A stretch of 63,681 bases of DNA, filler included, from Nemertoderma westbladi (taxonomy: Eukaryota > Animalia > Xenacoelomorpha), in assembly GCA_032718475.1 (NCBI GenBank). It is 3 parts of 3 records of this genome, joined end to end, with 100 filler letters (N's around TTAATTAATTAA, not from the genome) between each part and the next. Parts side by side here need not be neighbours in the genome. Positions count along the whole stretch, not along the records: positions 1 to 26,162 come from JAUCBJ010005456.1; 2 more parts are not named here. One strand, 5' to 3'. A model generated the notes under the pieces. It was not told the DNA's origin. It did not search any database and saw only the letters and a list, made by a program, of their open reading frames with translations. This document shows positions 11,554-24,430 of the stretch, one piece after another. Within the stretch, counting starts at the first letter, position 1. Each line of letters starts with the position of its first letter. A program made the position numbers and the translations under genes.

Positions 11554-14500
11554 ATGTCTGACACAAAGCAAAACCTGTCAGACAGTCTCCTAGATACAAC
11601 CATCTGTGACCCAGACAGGAGTGTGGAACGTGTGAGACCGAAGTTCAACTCACCTCCTACTGTAAGAAAGATCATCCCTCCAGTAGTAGTATCAGACCCT
11701 AGGCTAGCCCAACACCGTAGGTCTATCATAGGCACTCGAGCTCAGGTCAAGCGGGACCAAGAAGCAGCAGAACAGCAGCAACACTCGAGCCGAGAACTTA
11801 TTTCTCAGCGGCCCGACAGCTCCAGTAGTGAGGATACTGTAGAGCTGACACCCGAGCACGGAGCAAAGATGACAGATGCGGTTTATTCGGATCCCCTTCT
11901 CATCCTTCCTGCAGCCGTACTCACTAGGGTATTGATTGCGGTGGAGGAACACCAGATTGATTGGGCGAAAGGTAAGCGATCGACTAAGGCTAGTTATGCG
12001 GGATACACACGGGAAGAACTGAAGTCTATTGTCGAGTCGCAATGGAACTTCCCCGGACCTGGACTCCCGTTTGACTTATCGGAAGCTGCCTGGGAAGACA
12101 TACACAGGATGGGAGTAACAAAGGAAACCATCGATCCAGCTGTGTGGAAGAGGTCTGCAGCAGGATACGTACAGGGATTCTTCAGCTCTTTGGAGAGATT
12201 AGAGGAACAACTGTTTCGACAACCCCAAGGACCTCAAGAGCAGGGAGAGCTGCTTTATCAAGTTCGAGAAAGAATTCTAAGAATCAGACTAATCTTATCA
12301 GCCTTTGAGGAGGCTTCGAAAAGAAGACAAGACACGTCGTTGCAAGTTGCCGTAAAGACTTGGTTTCAGCGAGTGAGTCTCAAAGTTCAAGGAACTGCCC
12401 AGTGGAAATCTCAGCTGGCTGAGCGCTCAACTCATGGAGAATCAACAGATGCTACATTTTCCCAAGTGGAAAGTGAAGCGACGGTAGAGAAACCGCATAA
12501 GAGGGATGCTATTGATATCTATCTGTCGGACTATCAACGTTTTGTAGGAGATAAGAGTTGAGGAGAAGGTTAGATGGACTTAGCCCTAACAGTGAAGGAA
12601 CCAAGCTTGTGTTGGACGCAATCGATGTGGATATGAGAGCTGCGAACCAAGCTAAATTTGATGAATGCCTCCGTATCGCTAGAGTCCAAGAAGAACAAGT
12701 AAAGAAAAAACGTATAGAAGACAGAAAGACAGTGGCAGTGGCAGCAGCAGTGGCAGAGGCAGAAGCGAAAAGAAAAGCAGCCGAAGTGGAAAGAAAGGCG
12801 GCAGAGGCAGAAGCGGAAAGAAAAGCAGCCGAAGTGGAAAGAAAAGCGGCAGCGGCAGCGGCAGAGGCAGAAGCTGATAGAAAAGTGGCAGAAGCAGAAA
12901 GAAAGGCAGTGGCAGAAGCAGAATGGAGAGCGGCTGAAGAGATCGCCCAACTGGAGTTGGAAAATATACAAGCAAATCAAGACTGCATAAATAAACAGTT
13001 AACAGCTAGTCAAATGCAGATGATGAGTTGATCTACTCCCAAAAGACAGGGATATACATCATCTGAGGAAGGCGATACCACCGATACTGAAGGTGGGGGA
13101 AATAGATCTCGTCTAAGCAGACATAGAAGAATGTCCCACCGTCAGAAATTGCCTGATTTGCCCCCAGCTGTTAGAAGGCAACTAACTAACACAGGCTTAG
13201 GTAGTACAGAACCCACAGACCAAATAATTAAAATAGAAAGACTCCCTACTATAGTAGATGAGCCTGAAATAATTAGGCCTGTTCTCGAAGCCACCCCCTC
13301 GGTGATAGAGACACCTGTACTCCCTGAACCTATCTCTAAATTCCCCCTGCACAGCACTAAGCTACTAAGCACTAAGCAGAACAGCCCATGAGACAGTTCA
13401 TGTCCTGGACTCCGAGCGAAATATTAATGATTTGTTGCCCGTTGTCCCTCGTCCGCCCGCTACAACGTTGGTGGCTCCCGCTTCGGCGGTCGAGTGGGTG
13501 GATGAGAGACGGCGGAGGATGGATCTCCTGCTCGGGCAGATGCAGGAGACTGTTAAGCAGTTCAAGGGCACAGTAAGGGAAAGTAGGTTAGAGTTGCAAG
13601 AAGTGCAGCAAAGTATCGCGTTAGAACGCGATAAATTAGTAAATACACAAAGGGTTATACTACCACCCCCGGTAACAATGTGTCAACCTGTTAGGTCTGA
13701 AGTATTTCATGCGCAAGGTGTGTAGCCTACACGCATCTATACTGCTAGCGAAGTGGAAACTCCTATAGTAAACCCTATTAAGGGTAATTATAAACCCGTT
13801 GACAATGATATCCCATATAGACTTGATAATAATCCGAGAAATTTATATACCGATAACTCGATATTAAATAACACGATGGCCCAAGAAAGTTTTACGCGTC
13901 AAATGGCTAGAACCGAAGCCCGTCAAGCGGTAAAGGTGGGATAGATCGTCAAGTTCAATGGAGATGAGATGAAATGGTTACCTTTTAATGAATATTACAA
14001 AGATAACATACAGAACTCTGTGCTATCTAATGGAGAGAAACTTAGATTCCTCATCGAGTGCTTGGAAGGATCTCCCAAGTTAATGGCGTTAAAGTTTATT
14101 GGACATCCAGATGGATTAAGACAAGTTTGGGATACACTAAACATCAGGTATGGTAATAGGAATAACATAGCTAGGTATTTATATCCGAAATTAATGGCGC
14201 CCCGAAAGTTTCTTAGCAGCGGGATTATAGAGTTTTCCGACGAGATTCAGGAGATCTGTAGACAACTAGATTGGTTAGGTAAGTCTCATGAATACCAGAA
14301 TTATATGGTTGTAGGAGCCTTAGCATCTACTTTGCCCAAGGGTGGAGTAGGTACACGCTGGGACAAGAAAGTGTTATATATGATGGAACAACAACGACGA
14401 GACCCTACCATGGCTGATCTCATGTCATTCTTAGATGGAGAGGTAAAATTACAGCTCCTAAGGCAGTCCAGAGAGAAGACACCGGAAAACAAGGTAAGTG

Positions 14501-16527
14501 AGAAACCCGTTTCTAGGAGAAAGGTAATACCAGTGTGTTATACAGACGACGGCGAAAGCCAGGCTTCTCAAGAGGAAGACAGCGGGAAAGACACTGAAAG
14601 ATCTTACTATGTCAATAAAACGCCTAAAGAGCAGGTAAGTAAATTCAAGTCTCGAACCAATGACAGGAGAGAACAGGTAAGAAAAACTCCTCCTACGTCT
14701 CCTAAGAGAATTCAGGTAAGAAAGCCCGAAGAAAGAACGAGTGTGCACAATGTTATTCAAAATAAGGTAAGTAACATCAAACCGAAATGTGTGCTATGTG
14801 ACGGGACCCACCGTTTGAATATGTGTGATGAATTCCTAAAGAAATCATTAACGGAGAGACGGGAAGTCATGTGGGATAAGCGCTTGTGTTATAATTGCCT
14901 CAGACGAGGACACCAACGGCGAACCTGTTACTCCGACGCAAGGTGTGCAAAGTGCGGCGCAAAACATCATATCTTGTTGCACACGGAATTCGAACGAAAC
15001 AGCCCGAGTCAGGTAAGTGAGTCCGAACTACATGTCCAATTCAGTGATGTGAACGACACTGACCAATGTTCTGAGATGGAAGGATTCTATACGGACGAAT
15101 TCTCCGACGAAAACGAATTCTGTTACCTGATAAATACTGCAGTGTATCGAGCACTTACGTATAAAAAGGACACCGACAGCGAGCTCCCCCCAACTACTTC
15201 TGACCGACAACCATCTTGGAAAGCACCAACTTCCAATGTAGGAATCCGAGAATTTCCCGTAGTGCAGCTAAGGGTCCACGGACCTGAAAGGAGTTATATA
15301 GTGAACGCCCTTCTTGACTCCGGTAGCACAGGAACATTCATCGACAAAGAACTAGCCGAAGACATCTTTGCTGGACAACCCAAGTTCCGAACTAAGTTAA
15401 ACATGTCAGGAATTATGCAGGTTTGGAAATCTACAGTAATAGCGGATTATTATGTAGGTGCGTTGTCCACCCCCCAGGATGAACTAGGAGAACACAGCAT
15501 AAGGTCAGTAAAAATGGTGGCGATAAAGAACTTCGCTACCAGCCAAGTAGAACCTTATAACTGGGATGAGGACGATTTCACCCAGCAGTTTGATATACCT
15601 AGATTCAACACAGATTACCCTGGAGTGCAAATACTCATCGGCCAAAATGCGCATGAGGCGCTTGAGACATTGGAGAAACGGCCTGCTCAACCGCAACCAC
15701 TACAAGCCTATGCGGGAAGAACTAGAGTAGGTTGGTACCTTACTGGCCCTTCCCGTAGAACTCTCATAGAAAGGTTACCAAAAGAACGGGTATACCAAGT
15801 AAGTGAATGGGAAGCGGAGAGCAGTGAGGTAGACGACCCAACTGAGGGAACACCATACTCCTCAGATAATGACGATATTAACTCCAATGTAGATCAATGG
15901 AGACATTGCCTCGAGACGATAAATCTAGTCGACATCGCTTCCAGAGGAGCAACTCCTCAAGAACTGACAGATACTCCAGACTGGTTAGGTGGACCCGACT
16001 TCTTAAGTAAAGAAGATGAATGGCCTCCCCATCTTACCACGGCTGAGATTAGACAAGCCAAGGGAGCGGAGAAAGTCAAACCTAAAACCCGGACGAGTAA
16101 ATCAAGGTTATTTAAACCCGTGATAGATCTGTCTGTATTACACATTGCCAGGGACGACGCTGTGGATCTAAACTCCCCCACCGCGAACCGATCTGTTGTG
16201 GAGATCAGAGAGAGAGACTGGAGATCTGGAACACCAGACGTCTCGCCGGGACTCTCACCTCTCCTGCCGGGAGCGATGGACCACTATAGATCCTGGAATC
16301 GGCTTTGTAAGGCCGTCGTGTATTTGAAGCGATGTTTCTATCGTCACTATTCCAGGACGAAGAGGAAACCTGGAATTGTCTTCGAGACACAGCAGCTCAA
16401 TCTCCCAGTTGGTCGTTTATGTTTACTGGAAACAGACCGAGAACTGTCCGGAAACTATGGAAGGCAAGATACTCTTCCCACGACCACCTCCCTAATCCAA
16501 CAAACATCTAGGGACTCCCCAACGTAA
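11554..16527 (+). pseudogene. Disrupted BEL/Pao gag-protease polyprotein; RT, most of RNase H and integrase missing
   Basis: Frameshifts near 12553 and 13370-13430; stops at 13029, 13723 and 13942. The 852-aa ORF 13969-16527 has DUF1759-like gag, three knuckles (CVLCDGTHRLNMC, CYNCLRRGHQRRTC, CAKCGAKHHILLH), protease ALLDSGSTGTFI, RTRVGWYLTGP, then directly QWRH...DIASRG...WLGGPDFL. Confidence 0.9.
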
Positions 16528-17836
16528 CAGCGTCTGGAGTGGGTGTGTGACTATATTTGTATTTGTTTTTATTATTTTATATTTATGTATGTATTATTAT
16601 GTAATTTTACCTTGGAAACGACTTGCCTCTTCTCACTGACATTGCTTCGTGCGATATTGCTCTCATACCGTATATTAAATAATACATATAGTAGCGTGAT
16701 GTCCCTTTAACAGTAGCGTACAACGCAAATAAATCTGTTAAACCCTTTGACCATCTGCAATTCTAGTCGATTAAGATATTGCGGCACCCACCGATATACT
16801 TGAAAGACAAAATTCTAGAATCAGTGGTTAACGTCCCCAGACAAGTTCTGGAATAAACTGTTGCCCATCCTAAATATTAATTATTAATATTTACAAAATC
16901 TGTCAAATTTTAGATCCTTTAAAATTCTAGTCTATTAAGATATCGTAGTACTTACCGATATTCTTAAAAAGACCAATTTCCTAGAATCAAGGATCCTAGT
17001 CCCCAGACATGTTCTGGAATAAAATTGTGTCTATTTAATATTAAATAATAAAATTTACGGGAATAAATTTAAATTCATATTTTAATGAATTTGATAAATT
17101 GTCATTTTTATGCAATTTATAACATTCCCAAAATTCCATAAATTAATAGATAATGGGAGCGGAGATTCACCCTATTAAGTATATTAGTGTGCGAGAATCT
17201 CCAATATGTAGTCAATAGCCGATAAAATTCATAAAATCATGTATAGAGAGGATATTGACCATTAAAGAATTACTATTAAATAGCATCCCAGATCTGTATG
17301 CATGAGAATTACCCTAATTCTACCGCTAGCTTTCCATAATGTCACCATAGCAACAACCACGCTAGAATTAGAAGTGAGTTAAAAGAACAATAAAGCTTGG
17401 CCATTGAATAGCATAAGGAATAAATAGCACACTGCTAGTATCCCAGGATACCCAATAATAACGTGGCATTCTGGAAGGCACTGACTAACGGACAAATGGC
17501 CCGAATGTGTGCGATTTGTGACAGTGGTGTGGAGTTTGTGTGTTTGTAGGTGAATGTTACTACTAAAGTGTGTTTACAGTAGCGAGTCGCAATTGTGAAA
17601 GTAGCCCTTCTCCAGTAAGAACCTGAAGTAAATCTAAGCCTTTGGGATGGACGGTGGAGTGACTCGCGCTGGTTGTTGTAGTCGTTGTGCAGCTACGACG
17701 TTGGCGATAGGCACATCGGCGAAAGTACACCAGCGCTGAGGATCTTGCGCTGTCCGGGGGCCGAGAGGGGTAGGCAGCGACGCTCGCTAGCCTAAATATA
17801 AACTCATTATAATATTGATAAACTCATATAGCAGAT

Positions 17837-19193
17837 ATGACTGAGTTGATAGAAGATGATCTTGGTAACAGGGAGCGATATGCTCTACCTTTACAAACGT
17901 TTGTTGATAGCTTGATACGCGGCGATGCTGGTCCAACTACTACAGAGGACGATGGTCGTTATATCGAACCGCCAATGTCCCAGGAGCAACTTACGCGTGA
18001 ATTGGACTATAGAAACTTCACCGCTCGCTATACGCATCGTAATGGTACGCATATGGACTTCTTAACTACTGGTCATCCTATCGATTTACACGATATGGAC
18101 GATGTCGACACCGAAAGGGAAATGGTACTGTTTGAGTATCCTACCCAGCGGAGTCGGAATGATAAACTGAAAATCGAATGCGAAAATTCTATTCGAAATC
18201 GACTCAAAAGAGAAGACGTTAAAGAACTGGATAAACGCGGTAACTCCAACGTATATTTGGAATTCTTGAGAGAAACATTGTAAAACCGAATAAATATCAC
18301 CCGCGTTTCCCCTACAAGACGTGCGTCTTTGGTATTATTGCAATGAATACCCAAGACCCAACCAACAAACGGAAAGACATAAACATCCGTAGAGACGTTG
18401 CTTTAAACACGGTTACTCGCTATATTTACGGGAGTTTCGCGCGAAACTTGTTCGATGTATCACCTACGCTCGCTCGATTCAAACAATCCTTAAATAAACC
18501 TATGATCAGAGTTCCGGAATACTCGGTCAGACCTCCTCATTCCCTAGTTAGACCTCAGACTCTTGATCCTAATAGTATCATGGATCCTCCCGAACTGTAC
18601 TCACTGTTCAAAGATCTAGTGCTACCCGAACAGTTAGTCGGTGGCACTCCGGTTGTGGGCTCCCTAAATATTCGCCCATCTTACCTAGTCGGATTGGGAC
18701 GCGGACATCTAATATCGTCATTCAACCGTATCATCGTCCCTGTTTAACCCGATACAACCTGTCACAGAAGCGGAGGAAAGAGTTGTACGAAACGCGTTGG
18801 ACACTATTCGTCAAAAGATCGGAAAATGAACCTACAATTGTTTAGAGAAACGTAAATTGCAGCAGCAAGTCCAAGCGGTAAACGAATTAAATTTATCTCA
18901 GTTCGATCAGGAAATTCAGAATCTCCAAGAAGATATCGAACTTGGACGACCCTATTCTCTGCAAGAGTTTTGGACGAACGCATCCAACGATAAGCGGAGG
19001 AAAATCAGCTCGAGGAGAAGCATATCGAAATGGACGAGACATCGACCGTAACCCTAAACCTTCAGATGCAATTGTATTGCACCCTTTACCCAGGAGTTAT
19101 AGCCCTCCTAGTAAAGTGGCTCGCCCCAAAGAGAAAAGGACTCTTGCTAGCCTCAAAAAACTGCGTAAACGCCGTCCGCGTAAGAAAGACTAA
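17837..19193 (+). pseudogene. Frameshifted extra 3' ORF of element 1, unknown function
   Basis: Consecutive ORF pieces 17837-18283, 18343-18747, 18857-19051 and 18942-19193. The first two join with a single-base frameshift near 18275. Basic C-terminus KKLRKRRPRKKD ends just before the PPT. Confidence 0.55.
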
Positions 19194-19271
19194 CTTTTTA
19201 GAGTATTTTTATATTTTAGAAACTGTGATTTTTTATATTTTATAGACTTAAATCCCATTTTCTGGGAGTGG

Positions 19272-20457
19272 TGTAAAAGCTTTTGCGGAATTAGCCGGTT
19301 ATTTTCCCCGTAAAGTACTCTGTAGTTGGTTTAACAGGCATAAAAGGCCGTATCCTTACTGTACTGGTGTTTTGGGGGACATGGGAAGCCATTTCTTCTG
19401 TATGTGTACTTTAGCGGACATAATTAGCAATTCTATGACGCAATGCGCTAGATCATCTTGAAACAGTGTAGTTACTATGACGACAGCTAACAGCTGAGCT
19501 GTACACGTGTAGCTTTTCCTTGTTCTCTGGTGTTTCTTTGTTCGGTCAACCAATCAGAACGATTATCCTGCTTTTTGTACAGAAACCTCCGGGAAATCGC
19601 GCAATGCATTATGGGTCAATGTTTACATTTTGTCCTGAGCCCAGAAGATCGGCTTTTGGAATCTCTGTGTTTTCAGTCTTTAGCCCAACATTAGTAGGCT
19701 TAATTATAGAACGTATATCTGTTATCAAACCAAACTCATCTCACAACTCACTCACCTAATCATATTGTCAACTACAAACACCGCATTTTTACTGCTATTT
19801 ACTGTCGGTTATTCATTATATCTGTTGATGGAATATTATTATATTGGAGAATATCAATCAATAATCAGACACCCCAATCTTCTTGATATACTGAAGGTTA
19901 GAGAGACCGGTTACATATAACGATTGCGACTTACATTAAAGTGGTTTTGAAGTGAATCTAATGCTATTTCATAGGCACTACATGTATTGGCTGTTGTTCT
20001 CTTTATATGTGACTAAAATTAGTGAAGGTCGGCAGATCGGTGTGCAGCATTGTGCAGTATTGTGTATGATTGTGACTGATAACAAAGCATCTCCTAAAGA
20101 ATGCGCCATATACGTGAATCTATAGCCATCCCGTTGTGTCTAGTTTAAGTCATAACTCTGTTTACATATTTAGAGCGCCACGTCCTAAAGGAACTGTTAA
20201 TATTTCCCGAAAGTGAATAATATTTGTCAGAGATTATATATTACGATCAGTCGAATAATACAGTAGGCCTACACCGCAATACGGTTAGGCTTCCGAATCC
20301 AGTCTCCCGGGTATATCCAGCGGGTGAATGATCGCGCATAGACTGGCTTCGGCTAATGTAGTGTATCAAATACTCGTCATAGGCTAAAGACTATCTATTA
20401 TCTAGAAGACATCCCAATTTGGCAGGTTAAACTGCTAAAGGTCTGAAAGCGCGAACA
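19272..20457 (+). repeat. 3' LTR of element 1
   Basis: Direct repeat of 8178-9363, followed by TSD GAGAG. Confidence 0.96.
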
Positions 20458-20462
20458 GAGAG

Positions 20463-21042
20463 GGCTGCTAAGGAGGTTGGATTGCATATAAATGCTACCA
20501 AGACCGAATTCATGACCTTTAATTTTGATGGAAACTTGACAACCATTGACAATAATCAACTAAGGAAGGTTGCCGACTTCCAGTACCTTGGATCATGGAT
20601 AGAGAGTAGCAAAAAGGACATAGAAGTTAGGAAAGCAAAGGCTTGGGTAGCTCTATTAAAAATGGATACCATCTGGAAATCAGATCTCTCCAGGCACCTG
20701 AAGACTAAGTTCTTTCGAGCCACAGTGGAAAGTGTATTTTTATACGGGGGTGAGACCTGGACACTCACTAAATCACTTGAACAACGAATTGATGGTTGCT
20801 ACACAAGACTACTAAGGGCAGCCCTAAACATCAGCTGGAGACAACACATGACAAACGCCGAGCTTTATGGTACAATACCACCTGTATCAACCACCCTCCG
20901 TGAACGCAGATTAAGATTCAGTGGGCACTGCTGGTGAAGTAAAGACGAGGTCATACCAGATCTACTTTTCTGGCAACCAACTCATGGAAAGCGTAGTCGT
21001 GGACGACCGGCCATAACATATATAGATCAACTTGAAAGGGAT
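20463..21042 (+). mobile_element. RTE LINE continuation (RT thumb and C-terminus), cut by LTR element 2
   Basis: GLHINATKTEFM, FQYLGS, RRLRFSGHCW*, LFWQPTHGKRSRGRP. Premature TGA at 20935. Confidence 0.92.
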
Positions 21043-22270
21043 TGTAAAAGCCTTTGCTGAATTGCCCCGTTATTTTTATTATCTTTTACATTAAAATACT
21101 CTGTAGTTGATTTAATAAGTGTAAGAGACCGTATTATTGCTGTATCGGTGTTTTTAGAGGATCTAAGACCTATTTCCTCCGTATGTGTACTGTGAAAGGC
21201 ATATTTTATGATTCTATGGCAATTCGTGACGCAAAAGGGTGATAGCTACTCTTGAACAGTAGTTACTATGACTACGGTTAACAGCTGACATTCATACGTG
21301 TTGATTTCCTTTGTTCTACGGCGTCTCTCAGTTCAGTCAGCCAATGAGAGCGTTTTTGTGGCTCCTTGTACAGAAAATTTCCGAGAAATGACGCAATGCC
21401 TATGTGCAGTGTTTACATTCAGTCTTGAGCCAAAGAAAGAACGGCTTGGAAGTATTTTGTGCTGTACTGCTTTTTAGTCGTACACTAGTAGGTTTAATTA
21501 TAAAGGGCATATATCCTTTAACTGATGACTGCTGACTGATCATACATGCTGACTGCTGAAACATTGCAAACTCATAACAATCAGTGTTTTCATTGTTGTT
21601 TTATACTGCTATTTACCGTCAGTTCTTCATAATATGGTTGATGAATAATTATATTTGGAATAACGATAAACAACCCCTAAACCCAATATTCTTGATATAC
21701 CGAAGGTAAGAGAGAAGGGTTACAAATAAACGATTGTGACTTATGTTAAAGTGGTTTGAAGTGAATCTAATGTTATTTGATAGACCCTACATGATTCAGT
21801 CTGTGTTCCTTTTATATGTGACTAAAATCAGTGAAGATTGGCAGATTAGTGTGCAGTATTGTGCAGCATTGTGTATGAGTGAGTCTGTTAAAGAAGCAAT
21901 TCCTAAAGAATGCGCCATATATGTGAATTATAATTAAGCCATATCGTTGTGAGTAGTTTAAGTCATAACTCTGTTTATATAGATAAAGCGCCACGTCCTA
22001 AAGGAACTGTTAATATTACCGAAGGTGAATAATATTGTCAGAGATTATATATTACTGTCAGTCGAATAATACATTAGGCTTACATAGCAATAAAAATTAA
22101 ACCGTCGAACCCAATCTCCCGGGAATATCCAGCGGGTGAATGGTCGCGCACGGATTGGTTTCGACTAGTGTAGTGAATCAAATACTTGTCATAGACTAAA
22201 AAGCGATTTATTATCTAGAAGACATTCTAATTTGGCGGGTTAAACTGCCAAAGGTCTGAAAGCGCGAACA
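21043..22270 (+). repeat. 5' LTR of element 2 (1228 bp)
   Basis: TGTAAAAGC...GCGCGAACA termini identical to element 1; interior homologous but diverged. Confidence 0.92.
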
Positions 22271-22292
22271 TTAAAGGATATAGCTTCTTTAT
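22271..22292 (+). promoter_or_regulatory. PBS position of element 2: non-tRNA, complementary to LTR 21500-21521
   Basis: TTAAAGGATATA is the exact reverse complement of 21510-21521; 20 of 22 positions pair, including two G-U. Confidence 0.78.
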
Positions 22293-24430
22293 TGCAGTAA
22301 GCAATAAAGTCGAAAGTACCGGTCGACCGGTAACCAGTAGGCCTGACTGCCTGATCATCCGGACCGGTACCTACAGCAGTATTATTCGATTTTGATAGTT
22401 ATATACCGGTAGGCCTTAATAATTAATCAGGGAGGGCCCGCCCTGGTTTTTTATTGAGATTTTTACTTATTTCTGTCAAGTTTTATTTATTTGTAGGCCA
22501 GTATTGAACAGAAGGCGTGTAAGCCTGATCAGATTGTACAGACGATTTGTAGGCTGAGCTGTTGTCTGATTGCTGTTAAGTCCGAACGAGTTGCAGTGTG
22601 TGTAGAGCACTTGTCCGATTAAGTACGGTTAGGAAGTAGGGGCAGCCAATGCGGTAAGGTAATCCCCCAGCTAAAGAATAAGTCGCACTACTGGGTTAGA
22701 GCGCATACTCCCTAATCATTTTGGAGTCTGCATGTCCTGTAATTTATTTAGGCTTGAGAGTAGTCTGCCATCGTTTGGTCTGTACTTTGTTTGTGTAGTC
22801 TGTACAGGTAGCGTATAATATCATTTAGATAATTTGTAGGCTGGATAGTTGTCTGTCTGTTATTAGGTCTGAACGGATTGCAGTGTGTGTAGAGCCCTTG
22901 TCCGATAAAGAACGGTTGGGAAGTTGGGGTAGCCATTGCTGTAAAGTAAACCCCCAATTAAAGAATAAGTCGTACTACTGGGTTAGAACGCATACTACCT
23001 AACTATTTCGGAGTCTGCATGTCCTGTAGTTTATTTAGGCTTGATAGTAGTCTGTCAGTATTTAGTCTGCATTTTTGTTTGAGTGGTTTGTACGCGTAGC
23101 GTAATATTTATTATTCAGAGTTTATGCGATTATTCGCAACATTCATTCCCCAAGTTTGTTCCTACAGTAATTGTGTTTGTTATACATACCGCTATAGTTA
23201 AATTAACCTCGGTACTACACGGGCTGCTTGGCGTAGGTAAAGACTGGTGATTTTGTGCATCGGTCACTCCAGCAGATGCCGTGGTTCTTTTAGCTGTTCA
23301 AGTATATTTAACTACTGATTATCTGTTATATAAGTACTCGTACCTAATTTAGGGTTTAGTGTACAGTACTTTCCGAAGTAATTATTGTAGACATTATATC
23401 TGTGTTGTAAAGTGGTTGATAGGCACATTCGATTAGCTCTATTAACTTCTAGGTAGGAACACTCCGTGATACATAACGTAGAACCTACAGCGATACGGCT
23501 ATAGGTCGTCAGGCGGTGGTATTTTCCTATCTGGACAACGCAGTGTATTTACTACTACTTATTATTTCAAATACCGTAGTACCCTGTCCGTGTAATAACC
23601 AGTTTTCTAACCCTTTGTTAGGCTGGTTTGTAGACTTCTTGTAAAATTACCCTAAAAATTCGTATTTTGTGTTTTTTGTAAATTTTTGTGTTTATTTAGA
23701 GATTGTAATCTCACCCGAATTGTACGTAATTTGTAGTATTAAGTAACTTAGGTAAATTAGTATTATTTGTTTTAGTGTCCTGTACGTAACACTTCACTGA
23801 AAGCGCACCGCTTTGTGTAGTGATTACTCCCCAGAAATAATAACATTTATTTCAAACATTGACAAAACCCATTAAAACGGGTATATATATTATAAATCAA
23901 ATCTAACGATTTATAAATCGTAGGCCTACCATACAACCATTAGGCCTCAATATCAGTTGGATTACTGCTCAAATAACGGTAATAAAGTAAGTAAAGTAAC
24001 AAAGTAAACCCTAAAGTAACAGAAATTCAATTATTTGAAATAATTGATATACCGGTATTTACGATAGGCCTATTATCTTTATTTCTATAAATCTAGGCTG
24101 AAATTATACCGGTACTTGTAATTAATTCTATTTCAGAATTATATATCCTACAAACTGTAAGCTGTATACCGGTATTCCGATAGGCCTATTATATATTTAT
24201 ATATATTTGTGCTAAAATTATACCGGTATTCTGTGATAAACCTAGTCTGTAATAATACTTATATAGTTATATATACTATAAGTATACCGGTATTCTAATA
24301 TATTATATATATATCACGCTACACTGAGTAGCAGTAACGGTAATTAATTACTAGGCTAACAGGTAATACTGAGTTATTAGACTTACTCAGACTGTAATAC
24401 AGCAGTAGACATTCAACGGTATACATAGTC

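Larger units (their letters stand above)
8178..20457 (+). mobile_element. BEL/Pao LTR retrotransposon, element 1 (complete ends, non-autonomous)
   Basis: Two 1186-bp TG...CA LTRs, 5-bp TSD GAGAG (8173-8177, 20458-20462), purine-rich GGGAGTGG before the 3' LTR, BEL-type gag zinc knuckles and protease. Confidence 0.95.

Noticed and set aside
21522-21562. CTGATGA...GAAAC right after the putative self-primer in LTR 2, resembling a hammerhead core
   Set aside because: No convincing stem II or III, no NUH cleavage triplet at the required position, and the motif is absent from element 1.
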